A stretch of 64,000 nucleotides of DNA from an uncultured delta proteobacterium. Its GTDB lineage: Bacteria > Myxococcota_A > Polyangia > Fen-1088. The notes beneath the pieces are model-generated. The model ran no database searches and was not told the DNA's origin. It was given only the letters and a program-made list of their open reading frames with translations. The stretch's first letter is position 1, and each line of letters opens with the position of its first letter. This document shows, piece after piece, positions 18,556-28,612 of the stretch. Position numbers and translations under genes: made by a program. The DNA lies in the NCBI GenBank assembly GCA_963782545.1, contig CAWAKD010000007.1:1574026-1638025 (forward strand), given 5' to 3'.

Positions 18556-20355
18556 TCACATCGGCCGTGCCGCAGTTCCGTCGTACCACCACACTTGAAA
18601 GGCGCTGCAGCCCAGAGTCTCTGTGTCGGAGCCAACGGCGGTCGCGAAGACCTCGGTCAGGGAATTGCCCCACACGTCGGTGAATGAAATCGGGTCCGCC
18701 TCGGCCGGCAGGAGATTGCGAAGCTGAGAACCATCCCATTCGGCGAAAAGCTGATTGCTGACGACGAACAGGTGCCCATCATGGCCCCACAATCGCACAG
18801 AGGTCACGCCCCTCCCTGGGCGTAGCGAGGCCTTGAACGACCACTGCGAACCGTCGTAATGGTACAGCTCAGGAGCTTCGGTGCCAACCCAGATGTCGCT
18901 CGCGCCGAATGCCCAGGTAGCCAGGATATTCGATGCGGCCGGTGCTGGCAGCACCACGGGTGTCTGCTCGTCCTCAACCACGGCAACCTGTCCGTTGCTG
19001 CCAACGACCACGATGGTCGAGGCATCCGCCCACAGGCCTTTTGCGTCGAACATGCCACCCAAAGGAAGGGGGGCACCAAGTTGGGTCCACAGCTCGCCGT
19101 CGAATTTCAGAAGGATGTCGCGGTAGATACGCGAGTGTCGGGCTCACGACGAACAGATCGGCGATAGTGGCAGAGGCACCGCTACAGTGCGCGCCGCCAT
19201 CGTCGACCAACTGGATGGCGCATGGGAAATTGCCGAAAGCGACCAAAGGACCGTCCACGATTCCACGAATCCCCCCAGTGAAGTATTGCGTGCCCTGGGG
19301 CCAGCGGAAGTAGGTGCGCCACCCCGTTCCGCTGTTGGCCTAAATCGAAACCGGATTGTCGCCGTCCGGTATAAGGGCAAAGACACCGCGATCGTCGCTC
19401 CACACGCTCGCCGCAATGGACGGAGATTTTGGAATCCGGTGCACAGAGTGTCCGAGCTCTCGCGCCAGTGCGGCGGCCCATCGGCAGCCGCGCCGTCGAC
19501 GCCTGGTCCTGTCGTCTTTCCACCCGCACCACCCGCACCGGCATCTGCCACACCGCCGGTAGCCGTGCTACCAGAGCTCCCGCCAGCCACTCGACCGGCG
19601 CTTCCGCCGAGGCTGATTCCCGTGCTTCCGCCCGTTGCCAAACTACCGCCACCACCGCCTGCGCCACCAGCACCGGCGCCTGCCACGCCGCCGGTAGCCG
19701 CTGTGCCGGCACTTCCGCCAGCCGTTATCCCTCCTGCCACGCCGCCGCCTGCGTTGCCCGCGGCGCCTCCGCCACCGAACATTTCACCGGAATATCCGCC
19801 GGCTAGCGCGCCCCCGTTGCCACCCGTCACCCCTCCACCGGTTCCAGGAAAGCCATCGCCTCGCGACACGCCCGTCTGCAGATCCACCTGCGCATCCCGA
19901 GCGTGCGCGCCAAGTGCGGTCTTTCCCCCACAACCTACGGTTCCATTCCACCGGCGTGCCGCCGGTGCGGGCGGAAGTGCGGCGGCCATCACCGGCTGCT
20001 CGGCATCCACTTGCCTGTCCACGCGCGGTGGCATCTCGAACGCATAGGGCATATCCGCCTGCAGTTGCGCAACCCACGCCGCCAACACCACGGCCACCGT
20101 CTCGGCCATGGCCGCACATGACGGCTCGGCAGAAAGCCTCTTTTCCGAGAGTAGTGTGCCGTCCGGCCGCAAGAGCCGCAGGCGAAGAGAGGGTCCGTCG
20201 GGTACAAGCTCTGCGCGTCCATGGATGGCGCCCCGATCGCCCGGCACCAGCAGCGGGTCGAGGGCGCGTGCCACTTCGTCCGGGCGCGGGCAAACCGACT
20301 CGCCCTGAACGGTCATTGCCGCAGTCCACAAGCATGCGACCGAAATCGCGAGCAT
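18556..20355 (-). pseudogene. Disrupted or chimeric secreted-protein gene: truncated myxobacterial hypothetical N-domain fused to a Gly-linker lipoprotein with (L/V)WG(S) propeller repeats
   Basis: Coding signal is spread over ORFs 19144-20373, 18974-19258 and 18556-19062, with frameshifts at ~19415 and ~19115 and an in-frame TAG at 19340-19342. Repeats 'GLWADAS', 'ATWAFGASDIWVG', 'RLWGHD', 'DVWGNS'. Confidence 0.6.
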
Positions 20356-20435
20356 GCATCCGTTGTCGCACACTCGCTGCCGGTTTTACAGTCGCCAGCA
20401 GTCCCGGGCGCGCCGCCGATTGGGTGCAGAATCGG

Positions 20436-21446
20436 TCAGGGAAAAGTGGGTTCTTGCGCTCGCACGATCCGGGTGTCGCGCGCGCAGCGCAGGCCGTCCG
20501 ACCGCGCGACGGCGCCCTGGATGCCAACCATGGCGCCGCGTTGGACTTCGTCGAACAGGTCGTTGCTTGGCGAACGATCGCGGTCGAGCCGCGTGATGAG
20601 AAGGCGGCCCGCGGGGCCGCAGGCGTAGAAACGCAAGCGCCCCTTGTCCTTCATCGGATCGCTCACGATGCGGAAGAGGGTGGTGTCCACGCTGGGCGTG
20701 CCTTGCTTGCGCAGCACCAGGTAGCTGAAGTCGACGCGCGAGCGGCCCTGCGCAATCGGCCCGACACTGGCGTGGCAGAAATCGCGCGCGCGCACGAGCG
20801 CCAGACACGGACCCGGCCAGAGGCAAGGCGCAATCACGAACAAGCCAGCCGCGATCAGGCGGTCGCGCACGCCGAGAAGGTCGCGCGAGGTCTGACGTAG
20901 CGCGGGGTCGATGAGGATACAGACGCCATGGTCTTCCAGAAATTCGCGACACCAGCCCAGCACCAGGCGCGCGCGGCCGTCCAAATCCAGCGACAGCTCG
21001 TTGAGCAGGTGGGCGGCCACGATCAGATCGAAGCGTCCTTGCACACCCGGCGGTCGCGCCGCGCGGGTAACGTCGGCGCGTAGAATGCCCGGGCCGGGAA
21101 CCTTGTCGACGGCCACCAACTCCGCGTCCGGCCAGTGCGCGCGGATCACCTTCCCGACCGCGCCGGTGCCAGCCCCGAAGTCGAGAACCCGGCTCGGGGC
21201 GGGTACCGCCATGCGGGCAACGATGTTCTCCAGAGCTGCAATCGTGCGCGGCGCGATCTCGCTGTCGTACTCGCGCCGAAGGCGCGCATCGGCCAGGTAG
21301 TCTTTGCCGACCAATTCGCGCGCACCGACGAGTCCGCGGTGGATCCGGCTCGAAGATCCGGCAAGGGAACCCTGGAAGGGCTCCCTTGCCCTCACGCGGT
21401 GGTCCGCGGCCGGCACGGCCGGCCGGCTTCCCGCGCCCCCAGACAC
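20436..21446 (-). CDS. Rsm22/METTL17-like class I SAM methyltransferase
   Basis: 'VLDFGAGTG', 'FDLIVAAHLLNEL', 'IDPALRQTSRDL..RD.L', 'APC...C....DFCH', 'FSYLVLRK', 'RIVSDP..KGR...CG'. Confidence 0.8.
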   Translation of the reverse strand: MSGGAGSRPAVPAADHRVRAREPFQGSLAGSSSRIHRGLVGARELVGKDYLADARLRREYDSEIAPRTIAALENIVARMAVPAPSRVLDFGAGTGAVGKVIRAHWPDAELVAVDKVPGPGILRADVTRAARPPGVQGRFDLIVAAHLLNELSLDLDGRARLVLGWCREFLEDHGVCILIDPALRQTSRDLLGVRDRLIAAGLFVIAPCLWPGPCLALVRARDFCHASVGPIAQGRSRVDFSYLVLRKQGTPSVDTTLFRIVSDPMKDKGRLRFYACGPAGRLLITRLDRDRSPSNDLFDEVQRGAMVGIQGAVARSDGLRCARDTRIVRAQEPTFP

Positions 21447-21448
21447 AC

Positions 21449-22486
21449 CTAGCCCATCTTCTTGAAGAAGATGCCCTTGATGTCGTTGAAGGTCACCACA
21501 ACCAGCAGCATGAGCAGAACCATGATCCCGACCATGTGAATCTTGGTCTCGATGGCCGGATTCATGTCCCGGCGCCTCACGGCGTTGATGACCACGAAGA
21601 AGATCCGGCCGCCGTCGAGTCCCGGTAGCGGCAACAGGTTGAACACGCCGAGCGCGACGGAAATCAGGATGAGGATCTCGAGAAACTTCAGCAACCCTTG
21701 CTTGGCCGCGCCGGCCATCTCCTTGGCGATGCCGAGCGGCCCGGTCAGCCCGCCGTGGATCTTGCGCGTGATGAGATCCCAGATGTTCTTGAGCAGCATC
21801 CCCGACAGCTCGATGGGCATGACCACGGCCTCCTTGACGGCGTCGAGGAACGGCCCGCGCGCGCGGGTCTGGCCGAAGCGAACGCCGATCATGAACACGC
21901 CGCTGGACGGATCCTTGCGGGGCGCAACCGAAAGCGAGATAGGCGCGCCCTTGCGCACGATTTCGATGGCGATGGGAGCGCCCTGCGAAGAACGCACGAT
22001 TTGCGTCACATCGACCGGGTTGGTCACCGACTTGCCCCCCACGCCGGCCACCACGTCGCCGGGGAGAAGCCCCACGGCCTCGGCGGCGCTGCCCTTGACC
22101 ACTTCGTCCACCGTGGTGGTGCCGGTGTATTGACCGTAGGCCAAGAGCACCGCGAAACCGATCACCATCGCGGTCAGGTAATTGGCCCCCGGCCCGGCGA
22201 CCAGTACCAGGAAGCGCATCCAGCGCGGCCGGTTGGGGTACACGTAGGGATCCTCGTGGTCGAACTCCTCCTGCGGGTTCATGCCCGTGACTTGCACGAA
22301 GCCGCCGAGGGGGATGGGCGCGATCTGGTAGATGGTGTCGCCGCGTTTGAAGGAAACCAGGGCACTGCCGAAGCCGATGGAAAAGCGCTCGACGCGCATG
22401 CCGCAGAGGCGTGCGACGAGAAAGTGCCCCGCCTCGTGCAACACGATGAGAAGGGCAAGACCCAAAATGGCGATCAGGATGGACAT
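21449..22486 (-). CDS. rseP: RseP-like M50 intramembrane zinc metalloprotease with one PDZ domain
   Basis: HEAGH, FSIGFG, PLGGFV, AGP..N, FNLLPLPGLDGG. Confidence 0.92.
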   Translation of the reverse strand: MSILIAILGLALLIVLHEAGHFLVARLCGMRVERFSIGFGSALVSFKRGDTIYQIAPIPLGGFVQVTGMNPQEEFDHEDPYVYPNRPRWMRFLVLVAGPGANYLTAMVIGFAVLLAYGQYTGTTTVDEVVKGSAAEAVGLLPGDVVAGVGGKSVTNPVDVTQIVRSSQGAPIAIEIVRKGAPISLSVAPRKDPSSGVFMIGVRFGQTRARGPFLDAVKEAVVMPIELSGMLLKNIWDLITRKIHGGLTGPLGIAKEMAGAAKQGLLKFLEILILISVALGVFNLLPLPGLDGGRIFFVVINAVRRRDMNPAIETKIHMVGIMVLLMLLVVVTFNDIKGIFFKKMG

Positions 22487-22517
22487 CGCGGATAAATCTA
22501 GCAGGATTTACCCGCTA

Positions 22518-23084
22518 TCACACCGACAGGATGCGCAGGACCGGCGCGATCAGTCCGCGCCGCCGCGATCGCCGGCCCACGATCTCGAGGTCGAGCCCAT
22601 GCTGGGCGGCCCGACGTTCGAACCGCGCCTCGTAGGCCTCGCCTCGCCCGCTGGTTGCGAGAAGGACCGGCAAGGCGCGTAACCGACCGGCCAGCACGAA
22701 GCGACCACGCACCACGACCGCGGCCCTGCGTGAAAGCCGCGACAGTGCCCAACCTAGGATGGCGTGCGGAATGGGGCTGCCGCGATCCGCTTCCCACAGC
22801 AACACGGCATCCCCACGGGCGTGCGCGACCGCGCGGCAAAAGGCCCGCCCGCTGCGCGCGATGCCCAGCACGGACAGCTCCGGGATGTCCGCGCTCATGA
22901 AGCGCAGCAAGGTAAGGCTGGTATCGTGCGAGCCGTCGCTGGTCGCGAGAATCTCGAAGGAGAGGCCACGCGCGCGCAGGTGTCGGACCAGCAGACGCAC
23001 CTCGCGTCCTATGGAATCCTCCACGTCGCGCACGACGACGATCACGGAAAGTCTGGTCGCGTGATTCTTGCTCGCCATCAGCAT
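22518..23084 (-). CDS. Short, degenerate GT2 (GT-A fold) protein
   Basis: 'LSVIVVVRDVEDSI', 'FEILATSDGSHDTS', 'GRAFCRAVAHARGDAVLLWEAD'; the DxD motif is altered. Confidence 0.65.
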   Translation of the reverse strand: MLMASKNHATRLSVIVVVRDVEDSIGREVRLLVRHLRARGLSFEILATSDGSHDTSLTLLRFMSADIPELSVLGIARSGRAFCRAVAHARGDAVLLWEADRGSPIPHAILGWALSRLSRRAAVVVRGRFVLAGRLRALPVLLATSGRGEAYEARFERRAAQHGLDLEIVGRRSRRRGLIAPVLRILSV

Positions 23085-23365
23085 CGCCAGGGTATCAGAC
23101 CCGCCGGCAAAGGCGAGGAAGCCCGCCACGATGCGGGAAGTCGTGATGAAGCTTGAACTTCGCCCGCCGGTCAGACCAGCGGAGCACCGGGACGAGGGAA
23201 GGCTATTTCGGACCGGTCTTGTCCACTTTCTCGCGCCGGGTCGACCGGAGCCATTCGGGAATGCCAATCATCTTCCGGCACTGTCGTTCGCGGTCGACCT
23301 TCGAACCGCGAGAGGGTAGGCTGGTTGCCTCTGGAGCAGAGATCCTCGGCGAACAACACGAGCCA

Positions 23366-24844
23366 ATGACGTTCGACGCAAGTGCACCTTACAAGAATCG
23401 GCGGTTGATTTCGCAACGCCTCGGTCTGCTGCTGACCACCGCGGGCGCCCTCGCGCTCTTTGCCTGTGGCGGCTTGGGCCAGTACTCCCCTGATTCGGCG
23501 CCGGGTGGGAGCGGAGAGGACGCCGCCGTCGGTGGCGGCGGAAGCGGGCCGGACGCGAGCGGAGAAGCCTCGTCTGGGGAAGCGGCGGGCGAGACAGGTG
23601 ACAGCGAAATCAGCCTGCTCGGCTCTCCCCTGCCGTTCGCTCCCACGGTGCATGGCTTCGCTCTCAACGCGATCGTAAACCAGGGCGATCCATCGCTGCT
23701 TCGGGCGCACGTTCGCGCCCAAGGCACGACCACCTGGGGAGCCCTTGTCGTGCCCGAGAATCCGGCTGCGGATATCGCCCAATGGGACTTCGAGGGGCTT
23801 GGCCCCGGCGTTCGCTACCAATACGAAATCCTGGCGCCGCTTCCGGGCGGCGACACGCCAATCTACACGGGCAGCGTGGTCACCCAACGCCTGGCGGGCG
23901 ATTCGTTCGCCTTCGCGCTCATCACGGACAGCCACATCGGATCGGATCTGAACTTCTCGAACCAGGGGACACCGAGCACGCTCAAGACGATCAGCGCCGA
24001 AGTGGGATCGGCCGCGCCGGATTTCATGGTGAACCTGGGCGACATGCTCGATTTCCACGAGTACGGATTCAACGATCCGCCCCCGGATGGATCCATCACT
24101 CGCCTCGCCTACCTCAACTATCGTACCCTGCTCGGCGACACCCTCGGCCACACCACCCACTACGCCACCATCGGGAATTGGGAGGGGGAGAACGGCTGCT
24201 ACACCGCGGACGAAATCGCGCGGTCCATGCAAGAGCGCTTGCTCTACGTGCCCGGCCCGAACCCGACGACCTACCCGGAGGGAGGCAGTCCCAACCAGGA
24301 CTACTACGCGTTCACCTGGGGAGACGCCCTGTTCATCGTCCTCAATGTGATGAGCTACACCCCTACCCCGCACCTGCTCAGCTACGATCCCGGGGTACCG
24401 GACGACTGGACGCTCGGAGACGCTCAGTTCAGTTGGTTCGAGAATACGCTTACGAACGCTACCTCCAAGTGGCGCTTCGTCTTCATCCACCATACCGTCG
24501 GGGGAGCCGCCGGTGACGACGCTGACTCGGCCTATGGTCGTGGCGGTGGCCAGGCCGCCTACGTTGGCGAGCAGGCCAAGGTGCATCAGTTGATGCTCGA
24601 GTACGGCGTACAGATTTTCTTCTACGGCCACGATCACGTCTTCACCGACATGCAAGTGGACGGCATTCATTACACCCTGCCGGGTAGCGCCGGGGCCCCT
24701 TGGATGTTCTCGCAAAGTCAAACCGGGTACGCCCAATCCTGGCTCGAGTCCGGCTGGGCTCGCGTGACAGTCAGGCCGGCCGCGGTGAATGTCCAGTTTC
24801 TGCAGATGGGCGGGGGCGTGCTTTACCAGTACACGCTGGAATAG
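23366..24844 (+). CDS. Calcineurin-like metallophosphoesterase lipoprotein (purple acid phosphatase-like, with an Fn3-like N-domain)
   Basis: Lipobox LFAC. Motifs TDSH, NLGDMLD, GNWE, FIHH, GHDH. Start codon uncertain. Confidence 0.85.
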   Translation: MTFDASAPYKNRRLISQRLGLLLTTAGALALFACGGLGQYSPDSAPGGSGEDAAVGGGGSGPDASGEASSGEAAGETGDSEISLLGSPLPFAPTVHGFALNAIVNQGDPSLLRAHVRAQGTTTWGALVVPENPAADIAQWDFEGLGPGVRYQYEILAPLPGGDTPIYTGSVVTQRLAGDSFAFALITDSHIGSDLNFSNQGTPSTLKTISAEVGSAAPDFMVNLGDMLDFHEYGFNDPPPDGSITRLAYLNYRTLLGDTLGHTTHYATIGNWEGENGCYTADEIARSMQERLLYVPGPNPTTYPEGGSPNQDYYAFTWGDALFIVLNVMSYTPTPHLLSYDPGVPDDWTLGDAQFSWFENTLTNATSKWRFVFIHHTVGGAAGDDADSAYGRGGGQAAYVGEQAKVHQLMLEYGVQIFFYGHDHVFTDMQVDGIHYTLPGSAGAPWMFSQSQTGYAQSWLESGWARVTVRPAAVNVQFLQMGGGVLYQYTLE

Positions 24845-24881
24845 GGCTTCACCGTCGGCGCGCACATCGAGCCACGCCCGC

Positions 24882-25973
24882 TCACGCGGCCAGGCGCAAT
24901 GCCCGCGCGATGGCCACGGCCAGGGCGGCCGCATTCTCCGCGTCGACGAGCGCCAGCCCTTCCGTGCCTCGCATTTCGCACAGTCCGCCGCTGGCCGAGG
25001 CAATCGTGGGCAGGCCGCAGGCCAGGGCCTCGCGCACCACGAGGGGCATACCCTCGCGCCGTCCGCTGGCCAGAGTCCGACAGGGATGGACGAAGACATC
25101 CGCGGCGCGCATGCATTCGGCGAGCACGCTCTGCCCGAGAAATCCAGGCAGCCGCAGATCCACGCCCGCCTCGATCGCCTGTCTCGCCAGGCGCGCCCTC
25201 TCCGGCCCCTCGCCGGCAATGACCAGTGCCGGCCGCGTGGTCCGAGGAATGCGGCCGAGGGCCGCCACGAGAACGTCGAATCCCTTGATGGGCACGAGCC
25301 GCCCGGCCGCCAGCACCGCGGGCGCGCGAAGACCGGGCGCGACATGAAGGCGCCTGCCGTCTTCTTCTCCACGACGACGGAACACCGACGCGTCGAAAGG
25401 CGCGGGTTCCGTCAGACACCGCGCTCCGAAGGTTTCCGGCGATGAACCGAGGAGCGCGGAAAATCGCTCGCGCAGGGAAGCGCTGGCGAAGACCAGCGTG
25501 GGCCGGTGGCGACAAAGGACTCGCCCCAAACTGTCACCCCAGGGCAGCCGCGCGAGCAGGAACACATCGCCGCCGTGTACGTGTGCCCGATGGGGCATCC
25601 CAGGCAAGGCCGCGCAGGCCAGAACGCCGCAAGGCACGAGCCAGTGACTCTCCACTGCGTCCCAGTGGCGCCCTCGCCGCGCCAGGTGCCGCAGCATCGC
25701 CAGGGAGAAGCGCGTGGCTTGTCCGAGAGCCAGCATCCTCGACACGAGCTCGGGTGCTTCCAAAGCCTCGGGTGCCCCCCCCTCGTAGAATAGACCGCCG
25801 GCCCCGATACGGGTCACCATGCCGTCGTCGGCACGCGCCCCCTCGCGTCCGCCGGCGGCCAGGACCTCGAACGCGTGTCCTTCGGCGATGAGCGCACGCA
25901 CGCGCTCGCGCACGAAGCCCCCCGCGCCGTCGTCGGGAAAGCGTGGGTACGAGGTTGTGAGAACCCCAATCAC
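24882..25973 (-). CDS. GT4 (GT-B) glycosyltransferase
   Basis: GTG overlaps the upstream TGA. 'LTTSYPRFPDD.AG.FV', 'SHWLVPCG', 'GRLVPIKG', 'EGMPLVVREALACGLP'. Confidence 0.88.
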   Translation of the reverse strand: MIGVLTTSYPRFPDDGAGGFVRERVRALIAEGHAFEVLAAGGREGARADDGMVTRIGAGGLFYEGGAPEALEAPELVSRMLALGQATRFSLAMLRHLARRGRHWDAVESHWLVPCGVLACAALPGMPHRAHVHGGDVFLLARLPWGDSLGRVLCRHRPTLVFASASLRERFSALLGSSPETFGARCLTEPAPFDASVFRRRGEEDGRRLHVAPGLRAPAVLAAGRLVPIKGFDVLVAALGRIPRTTRPALVIAGEGPERARLARQAIEAGVDLRLPGFLGQSVLAECMRAADVFVHPCRTLASGRREGMPLVVREALACGLPTIASASGGLCEMRGTEGLALVDAENAAALAVAIARALRLAA

Positions 25974-26746
25974 GACGGCGGCGATTCCGGGATGACCACA
26001 GATCTCGATCCCAAGATCCGGCGCTGGATCGCGCGCAAAACGCGCGCGCCGATGCCACGCAGAACCAGGCCCAGAAGCGGCGCCACCACGCGCCGGATGC
26101 GAATCCCGGAGTGCCAGCCGGCGCCATACACCGGGCGTACCGGCACGTCGACGACGCGCGCACCCTGCCCGCCCAGCCGGCACAGGATGTCGTTGGGGTA
26201 GCCGTAGCGGGGAAACACCTCGCCCGACAGGATGATGGACAGCGCCCGGCGATTGGCGGCGGTATATCCGCATTGCGAGTCGAAGACCTGGCCATAGCCC
26301 GAGGCCAGGCGGGTAAGATGCGATAGCACCAGGTTGCCGACCGCTCGCGAGGCGGGCATCACCCGGTAGACGCCCGGCCACGCGAAACGATTGCCCTTGG
26401 CGTAGTCCGCCCGCCCGGAAACCACCGGCTCGATGAGCACCATCAGATCGGCGGGATCCATCTGCGAATCGCCCGCCATCACCGCCGTCACGTCCACGCC
26501 CGCCTCCAGGGCCGCCGCGTAGCCGGTGGCGATGGCGGCCCCTACGCCGCGGTTGCGATCGTGGCGAAGCACGACCAGACCACGGCGCTGACTGCGCTGT
26601 GCGATGCGACCCGTCCCGTCCGCGCTGGCATCGTCCACGACGATGACGTGGTCGGCGAACCCGGGAATCGAGCGCAGGGTGCGCGCGATCTTGTCCGCCT
26701 CGTTGAAGGCAGGCACGACGACGGCGACACGACGACCCTTGAACAT
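25970..26746 (-). CDS. GT2 glycosyltransferase (DPM synthase-like)
   Basis: 'VVVPAFNE', 'VVDDASADGT', 'NRGVGAA', 'MAGDSQMDP', 'DSQCGY'. Confidence 0.92.
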   Translation of the reverse strand: MFKGRRVAVVVPAFNEADKIARTLRSIPGFADHVIVVDDASADGTGRIAQRSQRRGLVVLRHDRNRGVGAAIATGYAAALEAGVDVTAVMAGDSQMDPADLMVLIEPVVSGRADYAKGNRFAWPGVYRVMPASRAVGNLVLSHLTRLASGYGQVFDSQCGYTAANRRALSIILSGEVFPRYGYPNDILCRLGGQGARVVDVPVRPVYGAGWHSGIRIRRVVAPLLGLVLRGIGARVLRAIQRRILGSRSVVIPESPPS

Positions 26747-26767
26747 CTCGACGAGCGCAGGCCTCCG

Positions 26768-28612
26768 CTAATGGAATGGGGACGCCTTGGGCCCCTCGGG
26801 CAGCGCGTTGCCGGCGGGACCATCGAAAGGATCGCGCCGATCCTTGCCCGCACCCTTGCCGCGGACCTTGCCATGCGACGTGGCGGGCCTGGCCCGCTCG
26901 AATGGGTCTCCCCTGCTTCCGCCGTGCCTCAATCGCCCGGACGTCGGAGATCGCTGGCGCGGATGCGCGCCCGCCGGCGTGGGAAGAGGCGCGACCACCG
27001 GCGCGACCGGAGGCGGAACGTACGCAGGGGGTGGAGCCGGCGGCGGAGCCGGCGGCGCAGTCAGCGGCTGCAAGGTTACCCTGCCATTGAAGTCGGGCCG
27101 TAGTTCCTTGGTCATCTCCATATATCCCATCAAGCGGAAGACGACGAAGGTGGAGCGGTCGTCACGGTACTCTACCTTGCGGCGGAAAGGCGTGCGGCCG
27201 AGGTATTCGTTGCTGCCCACGATATAGACGTCGGCCCCGATGGGACTCGACTGGAAGGCGATGTCGAGAAACATGATCTTGGGAATCGCGTTCCCCGGCG
27301 CCAGCGCGCCGCCCGCCGGTCCGCGCAGCGTCCAGATGGCCCCGCCCACGAAGGCGAATCCGAGCAGCAGGAGCAGGCCCACCCCGACCCAGCCGGGGAC
27401 CGAGCCAATCAAGGGTCGGGTGAGGAAACCCATGACGGTGGGAGGGGCCGCCACGATGTTGGAATGGCTGGGCGAGAGTCGATACGAGCCCGAGGTGATC
27501 GGTGCCGTCTGAGCCACGGGCGGCACGGTCGGCGAACGGGTGCCGGTCGGGTTGGGTCTCGACACGTTCGAGGTGCTGCGGGAGACGCCGGTGTTGGATC
27601 GCGAAGGGCTCACCGACCCGGTGAGCATGTGCGGCGCGCGCGGTGCGCCGACCGCCCGGCCGTCTCCCCCTGCCTCGGTCGGGAACAGGCCGCGCATGGT
27701 CTGCGAGAGGTGGGTGGCCTGAAAGCGGGACGCATACACCACGTCGTCGAGCGCATCCGCCATTTCCGAGGCCGACTGGTACCGTTCATCGCGGTTTCTG
27801 GCCAGGGCTTGCAGAACGATCTGATCGAGCTGCGGCGGACACAGTGGATTGAACAGCGAAGGCGCCGCCACCTCGCAGCGCCGCACGCGCTCGATGGTCT
27901 GCATGTCGTTCTCGCCCTTGAACAGGCGACGTCCGGTGAGGATCTCGTGCAAGACGATCCCGGTGGCGAAGATGTCGATGCGCCGATCGATCTCGTTCGA
28001 CACAGTCTGCTCCGGAGCCATGTAGGCGAACTTGCCCTTGAGCGTGCCGCTCTTGGTGCCCTCGTCGGCGTTGTCGCCGCCCAGGGCTTTGGCAATACCG
28101 AAGTCGAGAATCTTCACCGCCCCGTCATAGGACAGCATGACGTTCGAGGGCGAGACGTCGCGGTGGATCATGCCCAGCGACTGTCCATCGTCGGAGGTGA
28201 AATCATGCGCATAGGCCAACGCACGACACATCTCGCGACCGATGTATGACACCAACTCGGCCCGCGGCGGCCCCACGCGCGCCCACAGTGTGCGCATGGT
28301 TTCGGCCAAGTCATGGCCGCGCACGTACTCCATGGACATGAAGTACTCGTCGTCCACCGAGCCGAGCTCGAAGACCTGGACGATATTCGGGTGGTTCAAC
28401 TTGGCCGCGATCTTGGCCTCGTCGATGAACATCTTGGTGAACGAGGGATCGCCGGAGAGATGCGGCAGGATGCGCTTGACGACGAAGGTTCGCTCGAAGC
28501 CCGCCGGGCCTTGGATCCGCGCCTTGAACACATCGGCCATACCACCCCGCCCGATGCGTTCAAACAGCGTGTACTTGCCGAATGGAATCGGCTGCGGAAG
28601 CGCTACCCCCAC
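26768..28612 (-). CDS. Hanks-type Ser/Thr kinase (HRDVSP subtype) with a TM helix and a PEGA-like extracytoplasmic domain
   Basis: GRGGMADVF, HRDVSPSN, DFGIAK, GKFAYMAPEQ; TM helix; 'SSPIGADVY...LGRTP'. Confidence 0.95.
   Translation of the reverse strand: MGVALPQPIPFGKYTLFERIGRGGMADVFKARIQGPAGFERTFVVKRILPHLSGDPSFTKMFIDEAKIAAKLNHPNIVQVFELGSVDDEYFMSMEYVRGHDLAETMRTLWARVGPPRAELVSYIGREMCRALAYAHDFTSDDGQSLGMIHRDVSPSNVMLSYDGAVKILDFGIAKALGGDNADEGTKSGTLKGKFAYMAPEQTVSNEIDRRIDIFATGIVLHEILTGRRLFKGENDMQTIERVRRCEVAAPSLFNPLCPPQLDQIVLQALARNRDERYQSASEMADALDDVVYASRFQATHLSQTMRGLFPTEAGGDGRAVGAPRAPHMLTGSVSPSRSNTGVSRSTSNVSRPNPTGTRSPTVPPVAQTAPITSGSYRLSPSHSNIVAAPPTVMGFLTRPLIGSVPGWVGVGLLLLLGFAFVGGAIWTLRGPAGGALAPGNAIPKIMFLDIAFQSSPIGADVYIVGSNEYLGRTPFRRKVEYRDDRSTFVVFRLMGYMEMTKELRPDFNGRVTLQPLTAPPAPPPAPPPAYVPPPVAPVVAPLPTPAGAHPRQRSPTSGRLRHGGSRGDPFERARPATSHGKVRGKGAGKDRRDPFDGPAGNALPEGPKASPFH

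Noticed and set aside
19366-19379. CGGTATAAGGGC, similar to the reverse complement of the 44-bp repeat end
   Set aside because: It is short, lies inside coding sequence (FALIPDG) and similarity does not extend, so it is probably chance.
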